Assembly: GCA_913775025.1 (NCBI GenBank)
Contig: CAJYJW010000086.1
Coordinates: 27,205 to 91,204, forward strand
Length of the DNA stretch: 64,000 nucleotides
Direction: 5' to 3'
Source: an uncultured Sphingomonas sp.
GTDB lineage: Bacteria; Pseudomonadota; Alphaproteobacteria; Sphingomonadales; Sphingomonadaceae
How positions within the stretch are numbered: the stretch's first letter is position 1; every line of letters begins with the position of its first letter. The position numbers were made by a program, and so were the translations under genes. Under the pieces are notes generated by a model. The model was not told the DNA's origin and did no database searches. It saw nothing but the letters and a program-made list of their open reading frames with translations. This document shows positions 20,379 to 29,884 of the stretch, one piece after another.

Positions 20379-20903
20379 GATTTCTATTCCTGCTTCACGG
20401 GCTTGATTACGATCTAGGCAATGTGTTTGGCATTCGGGCGTAGGCGTCTTCGAGGGACTTGCGGAAGGGGACGGGGGTATAGGGAGCGCCGAAGTGGGCG
20501 AACAGCGCCTTGAGCTTGCCGAAGAGGCGGTTCGTCGCTGCCTCGTCGGCAATACCTTCCGCGATCCATCGCCGCACTCCATACCAGGTTGTGAACCCAT
20601 AAACAGAAGAGCGGGAGCGCGTTAGCGGTCAACCGCGAGGGGACGGACCACGGCGTCAGCCAAGTCTGATTGTTGGGCCGGATCGATGTCGAGATTGCCC
20701 AGTAGTACGGCATATCGTCTGACATGAGACCACCATGTTCCCGATGGACCTGAAGGAACAAATTCATGGGCTTAAAGCCGACCGCGTCGCTTAGAAAGCG
20801 TGCAGTTTGAGAATCGCTCACAAGGCTAGGGTTGCACTTGGCAGGATCAGCAGCAACCGTGTTATTATTCTTCGTCTGGTACAAGGTTCTGATTAGCAGC
20901 TGC

Positions 20904-21170
20904 ATAAGCCCATACGACCTCATCGACTTCCACTGGCGCGTGATCGAGCCGCTCCTGCCCAAAAACTGCGAGGTATGCCACGTGTCGATGATCGTCGCGT
21001 GCTGAACGGCATTTTCTCGGTACTTCGATCGGGTGCGCCATGGCGCGACTAGCTTAAGCGGTACGGCCCGCGCACCACCTGCTACTACCGCCTTGTACGA
21101 TGGCGAAAGGCGGGCGTGTGGGACCGGCTGATGGACGCCGCCACTACCGCGCACGACGGTGACATCCAGA
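20904..21170 (+). mobile_element. IS5-family transposase remnant (N-terminal)
   Basis: YDL.DF.WRVIEPLLP / PRVDDRRVLNGIF.VLRSGAPWRD*..YGPRTTCY.R..RWRKAGVWDRLM..DGDIQM, with a frameshift and a stop. Confidence 0.88.
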
Positions 21171-21265
21171 TGACGTGACCCCCGTTTCTTCATCGATCTG
21201 GACCTAGAGATCGGCCCTTCGGAAGGGACGGGCGGAATGACGCGGAAGCAGTTTTCGGAAGAAGC
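21171..21265 (+). mobile_element. Left end of an IS3-family (IS407-group-like) element
   Basis: Begins TGACGTGACCCCC; RBS, then MTRKQFSEE, like the MKRKxFSEEQI OrfA start; truncated. Confidence 0.7.
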
Positions 21266-21430
21266 GGATCGTCTCCTGGTTTGACGGACATCGATGACAG
21301 GCTCTGCGGAGCCAGGAGGTGTATGATGGCAAGTAGGACGAAGCGTCGGGTTACGGAGAGTTCAAGCGCGAGGCGGTGGCGCTATGGGAGACGAGCGGTC
21401 GGCTGCAGGCCGAGGTGGCAGCCGAGTTGG
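21266..21430 (+). mobile_element. Left end of an IS3-family element homologous to the copy ending at 2733
   Basis: GGATCGTCTCCTGGTTTGACGGACATCGATGACAGGCTCTGCGGAGCCAGGAGGTGTATGATGGC... aligns with the reverse complement of about 2590-2733. Confidence 0.88.
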
Positions 21431-22264
21431 ACCGGCAGGACGAACCACACGATAGCGCGCCGCTCGGCGGGATCATCTGACGACCACTTCCGTCCGCTGG
21501 AGTATTTCGACGACGTGCGCGGGCTCGTCATGCCGGCTCCGGCCGCGATCGCTTACCGTGCCGGCCTCGATCCGTTCCCGTTCGGCGGTGATCAGCGCTC
21601 CAGGGCCGGTTGCGCCGGCAGGGCAAGTGTCGACCCCCTTGAAGTGGCGACGTCCGGCGCGCCGGGCAGTTGATCGCCAGCAAAACTCCGGCGCAACGAA
21701 CAGGATTTCGACAATCCTGTGCCTAGAAAATCAGAGCCTTCGCCAAGCGATAGGTGGAGCGGCCAGCATGGCGGCACATCTTCCGTTGCGTAACCGTGCC
21801 GCCGCCCTCGGTCTGGAGGGACGATCCTTTATCCCGCGAATAGTGAATGGCGGCGACCTCGGCGTTCGCTCGTAGCAACTTCGATCTGCGTTGTTGTCCT
21901 GTCGCCCTGCTTGGTGATGCCTCCCTAACCGCCCGTCGGGGCGGCCGGGGCGCCGTCCTGCTCCAGCGCTTGTAATCGGCCTGAAGCAGCCGCGCACGCC
22001 GTTTGCGACCATGACCTCCTTATCGTCCTGTCCTGTTCTATGTCAGCAAACGTCTATCCCGATGATTGAGTGACTATGCCTGCCAGGGCAGCGTGAGCAA
22101 ACGCTGGAACCCGCCAAATCCGCATTTCATTCGGCTTATCGCAAAAATACGTCGACGTGTCTCACGCCCTCAGCGTGGCCCGCCCGGAGACACGATCGCA
22201 CTTGCGAATCCCACGCCCCGTAGTCATAATGTCATAACAAGCTAGAAGGCTGGCGGAGGCGAGG

Positions 22265-23053
22265 ATGACTGCGGCGGTTGGGGAGAAGAAGATCAAGTCG
22301 GCGGATCGCGTGCTCCGCATTTTCGAGATGTTTGGTCCGGAACGTCAGTCGTTGACCGTCATGGAGGTATCGCGCGCGTTAGAGGTGCCGCAGTCGAGCA
22401 CTTCCGAGCTGCTTGCCAGCCTTGTACGGCATGGTTACCTCACTCGCGATCGGCGGGCCCGCGCCTTCCGGCCGACGGCGCGGATTTCGCTTCTTGGCGC
22501 CTGGGTGCAGCCGCGGTTGTTCCGCCACGGCCGCCTCCTGCCAATGATCGATCATCTGCACGATCAGACCGGTCTTATCGTCTCGCTAACCTCGATGGTG
22601 GGCGTCTCGCTGAAGCACATTCACACCACCGCGGGGCAAGTGCCGGATCCGATTGCGCAGGGTGAGGACATGCACCTGCTTCACTCGCCCTTCGGACATA
22701 TCCTGCTTTCGCTGGTCCGCGGCGAGGAGGTTCGCAAGATCGTCCATCGCCTCAACGCATCCAGCGATGAATCGCTGATCGTTCGTCATCAGGACGTTCT
22801 CGCAACGATCGAGCAGGTCAACCGGCAGAACTTCGCTGCTGGCGATCTGGCGCCGGGCTGGTCGGGCATCGCGGTCTTGCTGCCGCAGGGGATCGACGAG
22901 GAGCCGCTGAGCATCGGCTTTATCGGCCAGACCGGGGATGTCGAGCCGCGCCGCGACGAACTCGTCCGAACGCTGCGCCAAGGCATCGCTCAGTATCTTG
23001 GCCCACGGGTTGTGCATGACAATCGCGAGCTGCGGACGGCAACGCGGCACTGA
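22265..23053 (+). CDS. IclR family transcriptional regulator
   Basis: IKSADRVLRIFE, HTH PQSSTSELLASLV..GYL. Confidence 0.93.
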   Translation: MTAAVGEKKIKSADRVLRIFEMFGPERQSLTVMEVSRALEVPQSSTSELLASLVRHGYLTRDRRARAFRPTARISLLGAWVQPRLFRHGRLLPMIDHLHDQTGLIVSLTSMVGVSLKHIHTTAGQVPDPIAQGEDMHLLHSPFGHILLSLVRGEEVRKIVHRLNASSDESLIVRHQDVLATIEQVNRQNFAAGDLAPGWSGIAVLLPQGIDEEPLSIGFIGQTGDVEPRRDELVRTLRQGIAQYLGPRVVHDNRELRTATRH

Positions 23054-23136
23054 TCGACTTACCGACAAACCATCGTCCATGATCGTCCGGCCTTGCTCGG
23101 TCGGACAAACTCCGTTTGTACCAAGGACCCCCCGAG

Positions 23137-23919
23137 TTGAGCGACAAGATCATCACCCGCAAGGACGGTGCGACCGGCCACATCATCTTCAACAAGCCGG
23201 AGAAGATGAACGCTATATGCCTCGAGATGTGGGAGGGCATGGGCGACGCTATGAAGCGGTTCGAGGCCGACGACGAGGTTCGCGTGGTCGTATTCTCGGG
23301 TGCCGGCGGCAAGGCGTTCGTAGCCGGCGCCGACGTCTCGAAATATGCCGAGGAACGCGGCGAGGGTGACGCGCAGGAGCATTACGCCAAGACCGGCGAG
23401 CAGGCGCTGCAAGCGATCTACACCTCCAAGAAGGTCACCGTCGCTGCAATCGACGGCTATTGCATCGGTGGCGGCGTCTCCGTCGCGCTGGTGTGCGACT
23501 TGCGCTACTGTTCGGCCAAGTCCTCGTTCGGACAGCCGGCGATGAACATCGGCATCGGCTATCGCTACTCGTCGCTGCGCCGGATGGTCGACATCATCGG
23601 CTATGGCGCCGCCAAGGACATGTTGCTCGGCGGCCTTCGCTTCGACGCGCAGGAGGCCTATACCAAGGGGCTGGTCGGCCGCGTGCTGCCGGACCAAGAA
23701 TTCAAGCCGTGGATCGACAAGATCGTCGGCAATATCTCGATCGGCGCGCCGCTGACCGCTGAGGACATCAAGTTCACCCTGTGGACCTATGCGCAGGACG
23801 AGTCCAAGCGCGACCTCGACCGGTGCGAGGAGCTGTTCCAGATCTGCTATGCGTCCGAGGACTATAAGGAAGGCGTCGCCGCCTTCGGCAAGCGCAAGCC
23901 GGTCTTCACTGGCAAATAG
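23137..23919 (+). CDS. Crotonase-superfamily protein
   Basis: NKPEKMNA, AFVAGAD, AAIDGYCIGGG, KRKPVFTG. TTG start. Confidence 0.93.
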   Translation: MSDKIITRKDGATGHIIFNKPEKMNAICLEMWEGMGDAMKRFEADDEVRVVVFSGAGGKAFVAGADVSKYAEERGEGDAQEHYAKTGEQALQAIYTSKKVTVAAIDGYCIGGGVSVALVCDLRYCSAKSSFGQPAMNIGIGYRYSSLRRMVDIIGYGAAKDMLLGGLRFDAQEAYTKGLVGRVLPDQEFKPWIDKIVGNISIGAPLTAEDIKFTLWTYAQDESKRDLDRCEELFQICYASEDYKEGVAAFGKRKPVFTGK

Positions 23920-23929
23920 GGCCGCCCAC

Positions 23930-25090
23930 ATGGATCTTCGTTTCACAGCGGAGGAAGAGGCGTTCCGCAGGGACGTCCGCGCTTTCATTCGCGACAATCT
24001 CGATCCCGTCACGCATCACAAGATGCTGGACGGGCGGACCCCCAGCAAGGCGGAGATCGTCGCCTGGCAGCGCACGCTGAATGCGCGCGGCTGGGCAACC
24101 CCGTCCTGGCCGAAGGAGGCGGGCGGCCCCGGCTTCTCGGTGGTGGAGCGCTACATCTTCCTGGACGAACTGCACCAGGCTCCAGCACCCGAGCCGATCT
24201 CATTCAATGTCTCGATGATCGGCCCGGTGCTCGCGGCGTTCGGCACCGCCGCGCAGAAGGAGAGGTTCTTGGCCGCCACCGCCAATATCGACATTTGGTG
24301 GGCGCAAGGCTTTTCCGAGCCGGGCGCGGGATCGGACCTCGCGGCACTCCGGACGAGCGCCCGGCGCGACGGCGACCACTATGTCGTCAGCGGCCACAAG
24401 ATCTGGCAGGGCATGGCGCATCATGCCGACTGGATGTTCACGCTGGTCCGTACGGATCAGCAGGCGCCCAAGAAGCAGATGGGCATCTCGTTCCTGCTGA
24501 TCGATCTGCGCCTGCCCGGCGTCACGATCCGCCCGATCGTCACCATCGACGGCCGCCACGAGGTGAACGAGGTTTTCCTCGACGAGGTGCGCGTGCCCGT
24601 CGACTGCCTGGTCGGTGAGGAAAACAAGGGCTGGGACGTCACCAAGTTCCTGCTTTCCAACGAGCGCACCGGCATCGCTCGCATCGGCATGACCAAGCAT
24701 CTCGTCCGCCGCGTGAAGCGGCTCGCAGGCGCCGACGAGGCGGTGCTGCGCAAGGTGGCGGCGCTCGAGGCGGAGCTGAAGATCCTGGAGATCACCCAGC
24801 TCCGTATCCTAGATGCGCAGCGCGGCTCGAACGCGGCCGATCCGCGCTCCTCGGTGCTGAAGCTGAAGGGCGTGGAGCTGCGCCAGGCCGCGTCGGAATT
24901 GCTGCTCGAGGCTGCGGGACCCGCCGCGCTGGAGATTGCGAGCGACGAGGACCCGCTCGGCGAGGACGATGCCGAGTGGCTGGGCTCGATCATGCCAAAC
25001 TACGGCATCCTGCGCGCCGCCTCCATCTACGGCGGCTCGAGCGAGGTACAGAAGACCATCGTCGCCAAGACGCTGCTCGGCCTGAGCTGA
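23930..25090 (+). CDS. Acyl-CoA dehydrogenase, large/catalytic subunit (PimC-like)
   Basis: MDLRFT, WAQGFSEPGAGSDLA, SIYGGSSEVQK. Confidence 0.93.
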   Translation: MDLRFTAEEEAFRRDVRAFIRDNLDPVTHHKMLDGRTPSKAEIVAWQRTLNARGWATPSWPKEAGGPGFSVVERYIFLDELHQAPAPEPISFNVSMIGPVLAAFGTAAQKERFLAATANIDIWWAQGFSEPGAGSDLAALRTSARRDGDHYVVSGHKIWQGMAHHADWMFTLVRTDQQAPKKQMGISFLLIDLRLPGVTIRPIVTIDGRHEVNEVFLDEVRVPVDCLVGEENKGWDVTKFLLSNERTGIARIGMTKHLVRRVKRLAGADEAVLRKVAALEAELKILEITQLRILDAQRGSNAADPRSSVLKLKGVELRQAASELLLEAAGPAALEIASDEDPLGEDDAEWLGSIMPNYGILRAASIYGGSSEVQKTIVAKTLLGLS

Positions 25091-25103
25091 CGGGATTTCT
25101 ACG

Positions 25104-26198
25104 ATGAACTTTGACTATTCCGACGATCAGCGGATGCTGAAGGACAGCATCGATCGCTTGGTGGGCGAGCGCTACCCGTTCGACAAGCGCGCCGACCACG
25201 GCGCCGAGCCGCGCGGCTTCTCAGAGGCGGTCTGGCGCGAGATGGTCGAACTTGGTCTCACCATGCTGCCGTTTGAGGAGTCGCTCGGCGGCCTCGGGCT
25301 GGGCGGGGTGGAGATGATGATCGTGGGCGAGGCGGTGGGCCGCGGCCTTCTGCTGGAGCCGCTTCTGCCGTCGGTGGTGCTCGCGGGCACTGCGATCGCA
25401 TACGGGGCTGCGCCCGCTGTCGCGGAGGCCCAGCTTGCCGCCATCATGAGCGGCGAGACGCTGGCGGCGCTGGCCGATCGCGCGACGATCGCGGCACACG
25501 CCGACGCGGGCGGTATCCGGCTGGACGGTCGCGCCGCTGTGGTGCTCGGCGGCGATCATGCCGAGCTGTTCGTGCTGCCCGCCGGTGACTCGGCCTGGAT
25601 CGTCCCGGCGGATGCTCCGGGTCTCGCGGTGCGAGGCTATCGCCTTCACGGCGGAGGAGGCGCCGCCGACCTGACGCTGGACGGCGTCCGCGTTGACGAG
25701 ACGGCGCGGATCGCTCTCCCCGCCGTCACCCGCGCCCTGGAGGCAGGGGTCGCCTTTCTTGCCGCCGAAGCGGCCGGCGCCATGCGTGCGGCGCTCGACA
25801 CCACCGTCGACTATCTCAAGACACGCGAACAGTTCGGCAAGGCGATTGGCACAAATCAGGCACTGCAACACCGCGCGGCCGAGATGCTGGTCGAGGTCGA
25901 GCAGGCGGCCTCCGCCGCGATCTTTGCCGCCCTGGTCGCCGGAGAAACCGACGCCGCCGAGCGCGCGCGCAGCACTGCGGCGGTGAAAGCGGTGATTGGC
26001 AAGACCGGACGCTTCGTCGCCCAGAGCGCGATCCAGCTGCACGGAGGAATTGGTGTCAGCCAGGAGCATGTCATCAGCCACTATTTCCGCCGTCTCACCG
26101 CAATCGGGATGCTGCTGGGCGGCACCGACGCCCAGCTAAAGCGGCTCGCGGCGTTGGGCGGGTTCACCGGTTCCGAGCAGCACCTGCGAGCGGCCTGA
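25104..26198 (+). CDS. Acyl-CoA dehydrogenase, small subunit (PimD-like)
   Basis: MNFDYSDDQRML, TREQFGKAIG..QALQH, IQLHGGIG. Confidence 0.92.
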   Translation: MNFDYSDDQRMLKDSIDRLVGERYPFDKRADHGAEPRGFSEAVWREMVELGLTMLPFEESLGGLGLGGVEMMIVGEAVGRGLLLEPLLPSVVLAGTAIAYGAAPAVAEAQLAAIMSGETLAALADRATIAAHADAGGIRLDGRAAVVLGGDHAELFVLPAGDSAWIVPADAPGLAVRGYRLHGGGGAADLTLDGVRVDETARIALPAVTRALEAGVAFLAAEAAGAMRAALDTTVDYLKTREQFGKAIGTNQALQHRAAEMLVEVEQAASAAIFAALVAGETDAAERARSTAAVKAVIGKTGRFVAQSAIQLHGGIGVSQEHVISHYFRRLTAIGMLLGGTDAQLKRLAALGGFTGSEQHLRAA

Positions 26199-26696
26199 TC
26201 GAGCTGGGCGGTTCCGGACGGCGTTCCAACGGCAAGGTCGTACAGGTCAACCGGCGCCAGCAATATCTGCGACGCGCTTATAAACTCTCCCGGCAGCGCG
26301 GGGCGCGAATGTGGTCATCCACTAATGGACCTACTTGACGTGGCGTCGAAGGCGGATGCGTTGGTCGGCGAGATCGCGGGTAACGGCGGCAGCGCCGCGA
26401 CGAACCATCACTTGATGGCAGCCGGGGCCGCCGCCCTGGTCATGACGGCCAAGCGCATCCCTGGGCTCTCCACCATCCCGCCTGCAACGCTGGCATCGTC
26501 ACCGATCTGCCGGTCACCAGGACGAGCGACATGATCGATGTCAACCTCTAAGGCAGCATCCTGACGGCGTGCGCTGCCTACACAGATGCCGTCGGCCAAT
26601 GCTGATCCCGCCGAAGCGACTTCATGTCGCCGTGCAAGCCCGAACTCTTCGCCTCCAACCCGGATGTGGTCGGCAAGCGCCGGCCGGCATGCGCCC

Positions 26697-27398
26697 TCAG
26701 AGCGTTTCGGGTGCAGCTAGCGAAGAGGCGATGTGGCGGCAGAAACGCGCGGCGTCCGCGCCGTTGATCACGCGATGATCATAGCTGAGCGACAGCGGCA
26801 TCAGCAAGCGCGGCTGGAACGCAGTCCCGTCCCACACCGGCGTCATGCGCGACGGTGTAACGCCTAGGATCGCGACCTCCGGCTGGTTGACAATCGGCGT
26901 GAAGCCGGTGCCGCCGATCCCGCCCAGCGAAGTGATCGTCATCGATCCGCCTTCCATTACGCTCATTGGCAGACCCTTGCTGCGTGCCCGCTCGACGACC
27001 TCGCGCAGTTCCGCCGCGAGGCTGGCGACGTCCTTGCGGTCGGCGTCTCGAAGCACGGGCACGAGCAGGCCGAGCGGACCGTCGACGGCGATGCCGACAT
27101 GTACGTACTGCTTAAGGATCAGGGTCGCGCCATCCTCGGACAATGAGGCATTGAACGTGGGGAACGCCTTCAGCGCAGCGGCGAGCGCCTTGACTAGATA
27201 GACTAACAGCGATGCCTTCGGCGCATCCGCAGACTTGCGGTGCGCCTCCAACGCAGTGACATCGACGTCGTCGTGGTGGGTGACGTGCGGAATAGCCGTC
27301 CAGCTCTGGGTAAGCCGGCGCGCGACGATTGTCTGGAACGCGGTCATCGGCTTGGTTTCGATGGCGCCGAATTTGGCGAAATAGGCTTCGGCGGTCAT
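26697..27398 (-). CDS. Stand-alone 2-oxoacid dehydrogenase E2 acyltransferase catalytic domain (233 aa)
   Basis: IPHVT, FPTFNASL, GIAVDGPLGLLVPV, FTPIVNQPEVAILG, SYDHRVINGA. ATG 27398 has a GAGGAG RBS; no lipoyl domain. Confidence 0.9.
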   Translation of the reverse strand: MTAEAYFAKFGAIETKPMTAFQTIVARRLTQSWTAIPHVTHHDDVDVTALEAHRKSADAPKASLLVYLVKALAAALKAFPTFNASLSEDGATLILKQYVHVGIAVDGPLGLLVPVLRDADRKDVASLAAELREVVERARSKGLPMSVMEGGSMTITSLGGIGGTGFTPIVNQPEVAILGVTPSRMTPVWDGTAFQPRLLMPLSLSYDHRVINGADAARFCRHIASSLAAPETL

Positions 27399-27480
27399 TT
27401 GGACGCTCCTCGGCTCGCGCTGTGCTTCGATCGTGCGATAGCAAGGCGGGGGCGGCGCGAACACCGTCCGCGCCGCCGCC

Positions 27481-27530
27481 ATCACAGCAGCGATGATGTC
27501 GCACCCGCCCCCCGCAGCCGGGTGCGACAT
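27481..27530. promoter_or_regulatory. Divergent promoter region: ATCRC-N4-GYGAT box plus 12-bp inverted repeat
   Basis: ATCACAGCAGCGAT at 27481-27494; ATGTCGCACCCG-N11-CGGGTGCGACAT at 27496-27530. Confidence 0.65.
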
Positions 27531-27573
27531 GCTAAGGCGAGGTGAAATTCGCTTTTCAGGAAGAGGGCATCTC

Positions 27574-28344
27574 ATGTCGGTCGACGTCCAGATCGAGGAT
27601 GGCATCGCCACGGTCACCATCAATCGTCCGGAGCGCAAGAACGCCATCACCATGGTCATGCGCGGCGAGTTCCAGCGCGTGTTCGAAACGCTTCAGGATG
27701 ATGACGACGTCCGCGTCATCATCCTGACCGGCGCGGGGGGAGACTTTGCCGCCGGGGCGGACGTCGGCGAGATGGGCACCGGCGGTGTCCGCGGCAATGC
27801 CGTCAAGGCCCGCACTCTTCAGCGGATGGTGCGCAGCGTCGCCCACACCGGCAAGCCGGTGATCGCGGCGGTGGAAGGCGTTTGCGTCGGTGTCGCCTTC
27901 GCCATGGCGCTCGCCTGCGACTTCATCGTCTGCGCCGACAATGCCCGCTTCCAGTTCGCTTTCCGTCACATTGGGCTCGCCATGGACGGCGCGGCCGGTT
28001 GGCTGCTGGAGCGCTATGTCGGGGTGATGCGCGCCAAGGAGATCGCCTATTCGGGCCGCTTCGTCAGCGGCACGGAGGCCGTGTCGCTGGGCTTCGCACT
28101 GGAATCGCGACCGGCGGGTGAAGTGCTGGCGGCTGCCCGCCAGCTGGCGGAAAGCTACGCCAATGCGCCCACCCTCGCCTTGGCGCAGATCAAGCGCCAA
28201 TTCGATGCCGCCCCCGCCCAGACGCTTGTGGACGCGCTGGAATTCGAGTTCGCGGTGCAGGCGCTGATGACGTGGACGGACGACTTCCGCGAAGGTACGA
28301 CAGCTTTCAAGGAGAGGCGCAAGCCCGTGTACAAGGGCGCCTGA
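27574..28344 (+). CDS. Crotonase-superfamily protein (PaaG-like isomerase type)
   Basis: NRPERKNA, FAAGAD, KPVIAAVEG, FRHIGLAMDG. Confidence 0.92.
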   Translation: MSVDVQIEDGIATVTINRPERKNAITMVMRGEFQRVFETLQDDDDVRVIILTGAGGDFAAGADVGEMGTGGVRGNAVKARTLQRMVRSVAHTGKPVIAAVEGVCVGVAFAMALACDFIVCADNARFQFAFRHIGLAMDGAAGWLLERYVGVMRAKEIAYSGRFVSGTEAVSLGFALESRPAGEVLAAARQLAESYANAPTLALAQIKRQFDAAPAQTLVDALEFEFAVQALMTWTDDFREGTTAFKERRKPVYKGA

Positions 28345-28787
28345 TGGCCGTCAGCCCGGAAACCGCGGCGGCCCAGGTCGCGACGCTGCTGACGCGGCCC
28401 TACGCGCGCTTCTTCGGTATTCGGGCGGTCGACATATTGCCGGGTGCGGTGACGCTGACGCTGGCGCATCGCCCTGACTTCGAACATGCGCCCGGCTTCT
28501 TCCAAGGGTCGATCATCACCGCCCTTGCAGAGCTTGCGGCGAGCTGGAGTGCGGCGACAGCGGCCGGGGACGACGCCATGCACCTGGTGTTGGAACAGTC
28601 CATCCGCTTCATCGGTCCGGCACGCGGCGAGCGGCTGATCGCGGCCGGCCGCACGATCCGCTCGGGCCGATCGATCAGCGTCGCCGCCGCGGACGTCTTC
28701 GTCGAGCAGGATGGTCGACGCGAACTGTGCGCGCTTCTCTCGCTCACCATGCGCCACACTCCGCGGAGGGAGCAGGTGGCGGCATGA
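28344..28787 (+). CDS. PaaI-family hot-dog thioesterase
   Basis: GFFQGSIITALAE, IRFIGPARG, GRSISV; TGATG coupling to the upstream gene. Confidence 0.88.
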   Translation: MAVSPETAAAQVATLLTRPYARFFGIRAVDILPGAVTLTLAHRPDFEHAPGFFQGSIITALAELAASWSAATAAGDDAMHLVLEQSIRFIGPARGERLIAAGRTIRSGRSISVAAADVFVEQDGRRELCALLSLTMRHTPRREQVAA

Positions 28788-29884
28788 CCGAGCGGGTCGA
28801 CGCCATCATCGTCGGCGCCGGCGTGGTGGGCCTCGCGATCGCCCGAGCGCTGGCGCTTGCCGGCAAGCCGCCACTGATCCTGGACGGGGAAGCGCATTTC
28901 GGCTCCTGGACATCCAGCCGCAACAGCGAGGTGATCCACGCCGGCATCTATTATCCGAAAGGATCGCTCAAGGCGCGATTGTGTGTAGAGGGCAAGCAAC
29001 AGCTCTATGCGTTCTGCGAGGCGCGAGCCGTGCCCCACAAGCGTCTGGGAAAGCTGATCTTCGCGCATGGCGAAGCGCAGCTCGGCGAACTCGACGCGAT
29101 CGTCGGGCGGGCGGAGGAAGCCGGGGTCCGCGATCTCCGCAGGCTCGATGGGAGCGAGGCGCGCGGCATCGAGCCAGCGCTCGACTGCGCGGGCGCCCTT
29201 CTCTCCCCCTCGACTGGCATCGTTGACAGCCACGCGCTTATGCTGGCGCTCCTCGGGGAAGCCGAAGCCCACGGCGCGATGCTGGTGACTGGCAGCGACG
29301 TCGGGCGTGTCTCCCGGACGGGCGGAGTCTGGAACGTCCACTTGGGCGAGGACCGGGACGCGGCGGTCGCGAGCCCGATCCTCGTCAACGCGGCCGGTCT
29401 CGGCGCACAGCGGTTGGCTGGGCGGATCGAAACGCTCGATCCGCTGTACGTCCCGCCGTTGCATCTCGCGCGCGGTGTCTACTTCACCTATTCGGGCCGG
29501 GTCCCCTTCTCCCACCTAATCTATCCGGTACCGGAAGCCGGGGGGCTCGGAACCCACCTGACGCTCGACCTCGCCGGGCAGGCGCGGTTCGGGCCGGACG
29601 TCGAGTGGATCGATACGATCGACTACACCGTCGATCCCGGCCGCCATCAACGCTTCGCCGCGGCCGCCAGGCGGATCTGGCCCGACCTCGACGGGATCCG
29701 GCTGCAGCCGGGCTATGCGGGCATCCGGCCGAAGGTCAGCGGTCCGGGAGAGCCTGCCGGTGACTTCGTCATCTCCGGCCCGGCGGATCATGGGTGCGAG
29801 GGGCTGGTCAACCTGTTCGGCATCGAATCCCCCGGGCTGACGGCCAGTCTCGCCATCGCCGACATGGTGCGGGACGCGCTATGA
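28784..29884 (+). CDS. FAD-dependent oxidoreductase, L-2-hydroxyglutarate oxidase (LhgO)-like
   Basis: GAGVVG, TSSRNSEVIHAGIYY, GLGTHLT, FGPDVEW, FGIESPGLT. Confidence 0.92.
   Translation: MTERVDAIIVGAGVVGLAIARALALAGKPPLILDGEAHFGSWTSSRNSEVIHAGIYYPKGSLKARLCVEGKQQLYAFCEARAVPHKRLGKLIFAHGEAQLGELDAIVGRAEEAGVRDLRRLDGSEARGIEPALDCAGALLSPSTGIVDSHALMLALLGEAEAHGAMLVTGSDVGRVSRTGGVWNVHLGEDRDAAVASPILVNAAGLGAQRLAGRIETLDPLYVPPLHLARGVYFTYSGRVPFSHLIYPVPEAGGLGTHLTLDLAGQARFGPDVEWIDTIDYTVDPGRHQRFAAAARRIWPDLDGIRLQPGYAGIRPKVSGPGEPAGDFVISGPADHGCEGLVNLFGIESPGLTASLAIADMVRDAL

Noticed and set aside
26325..26560. Possible SDR fragment (ADALVGEIAGNGGSA)
   Set aside because: No cofactor-binding or catalytic motif is visible.
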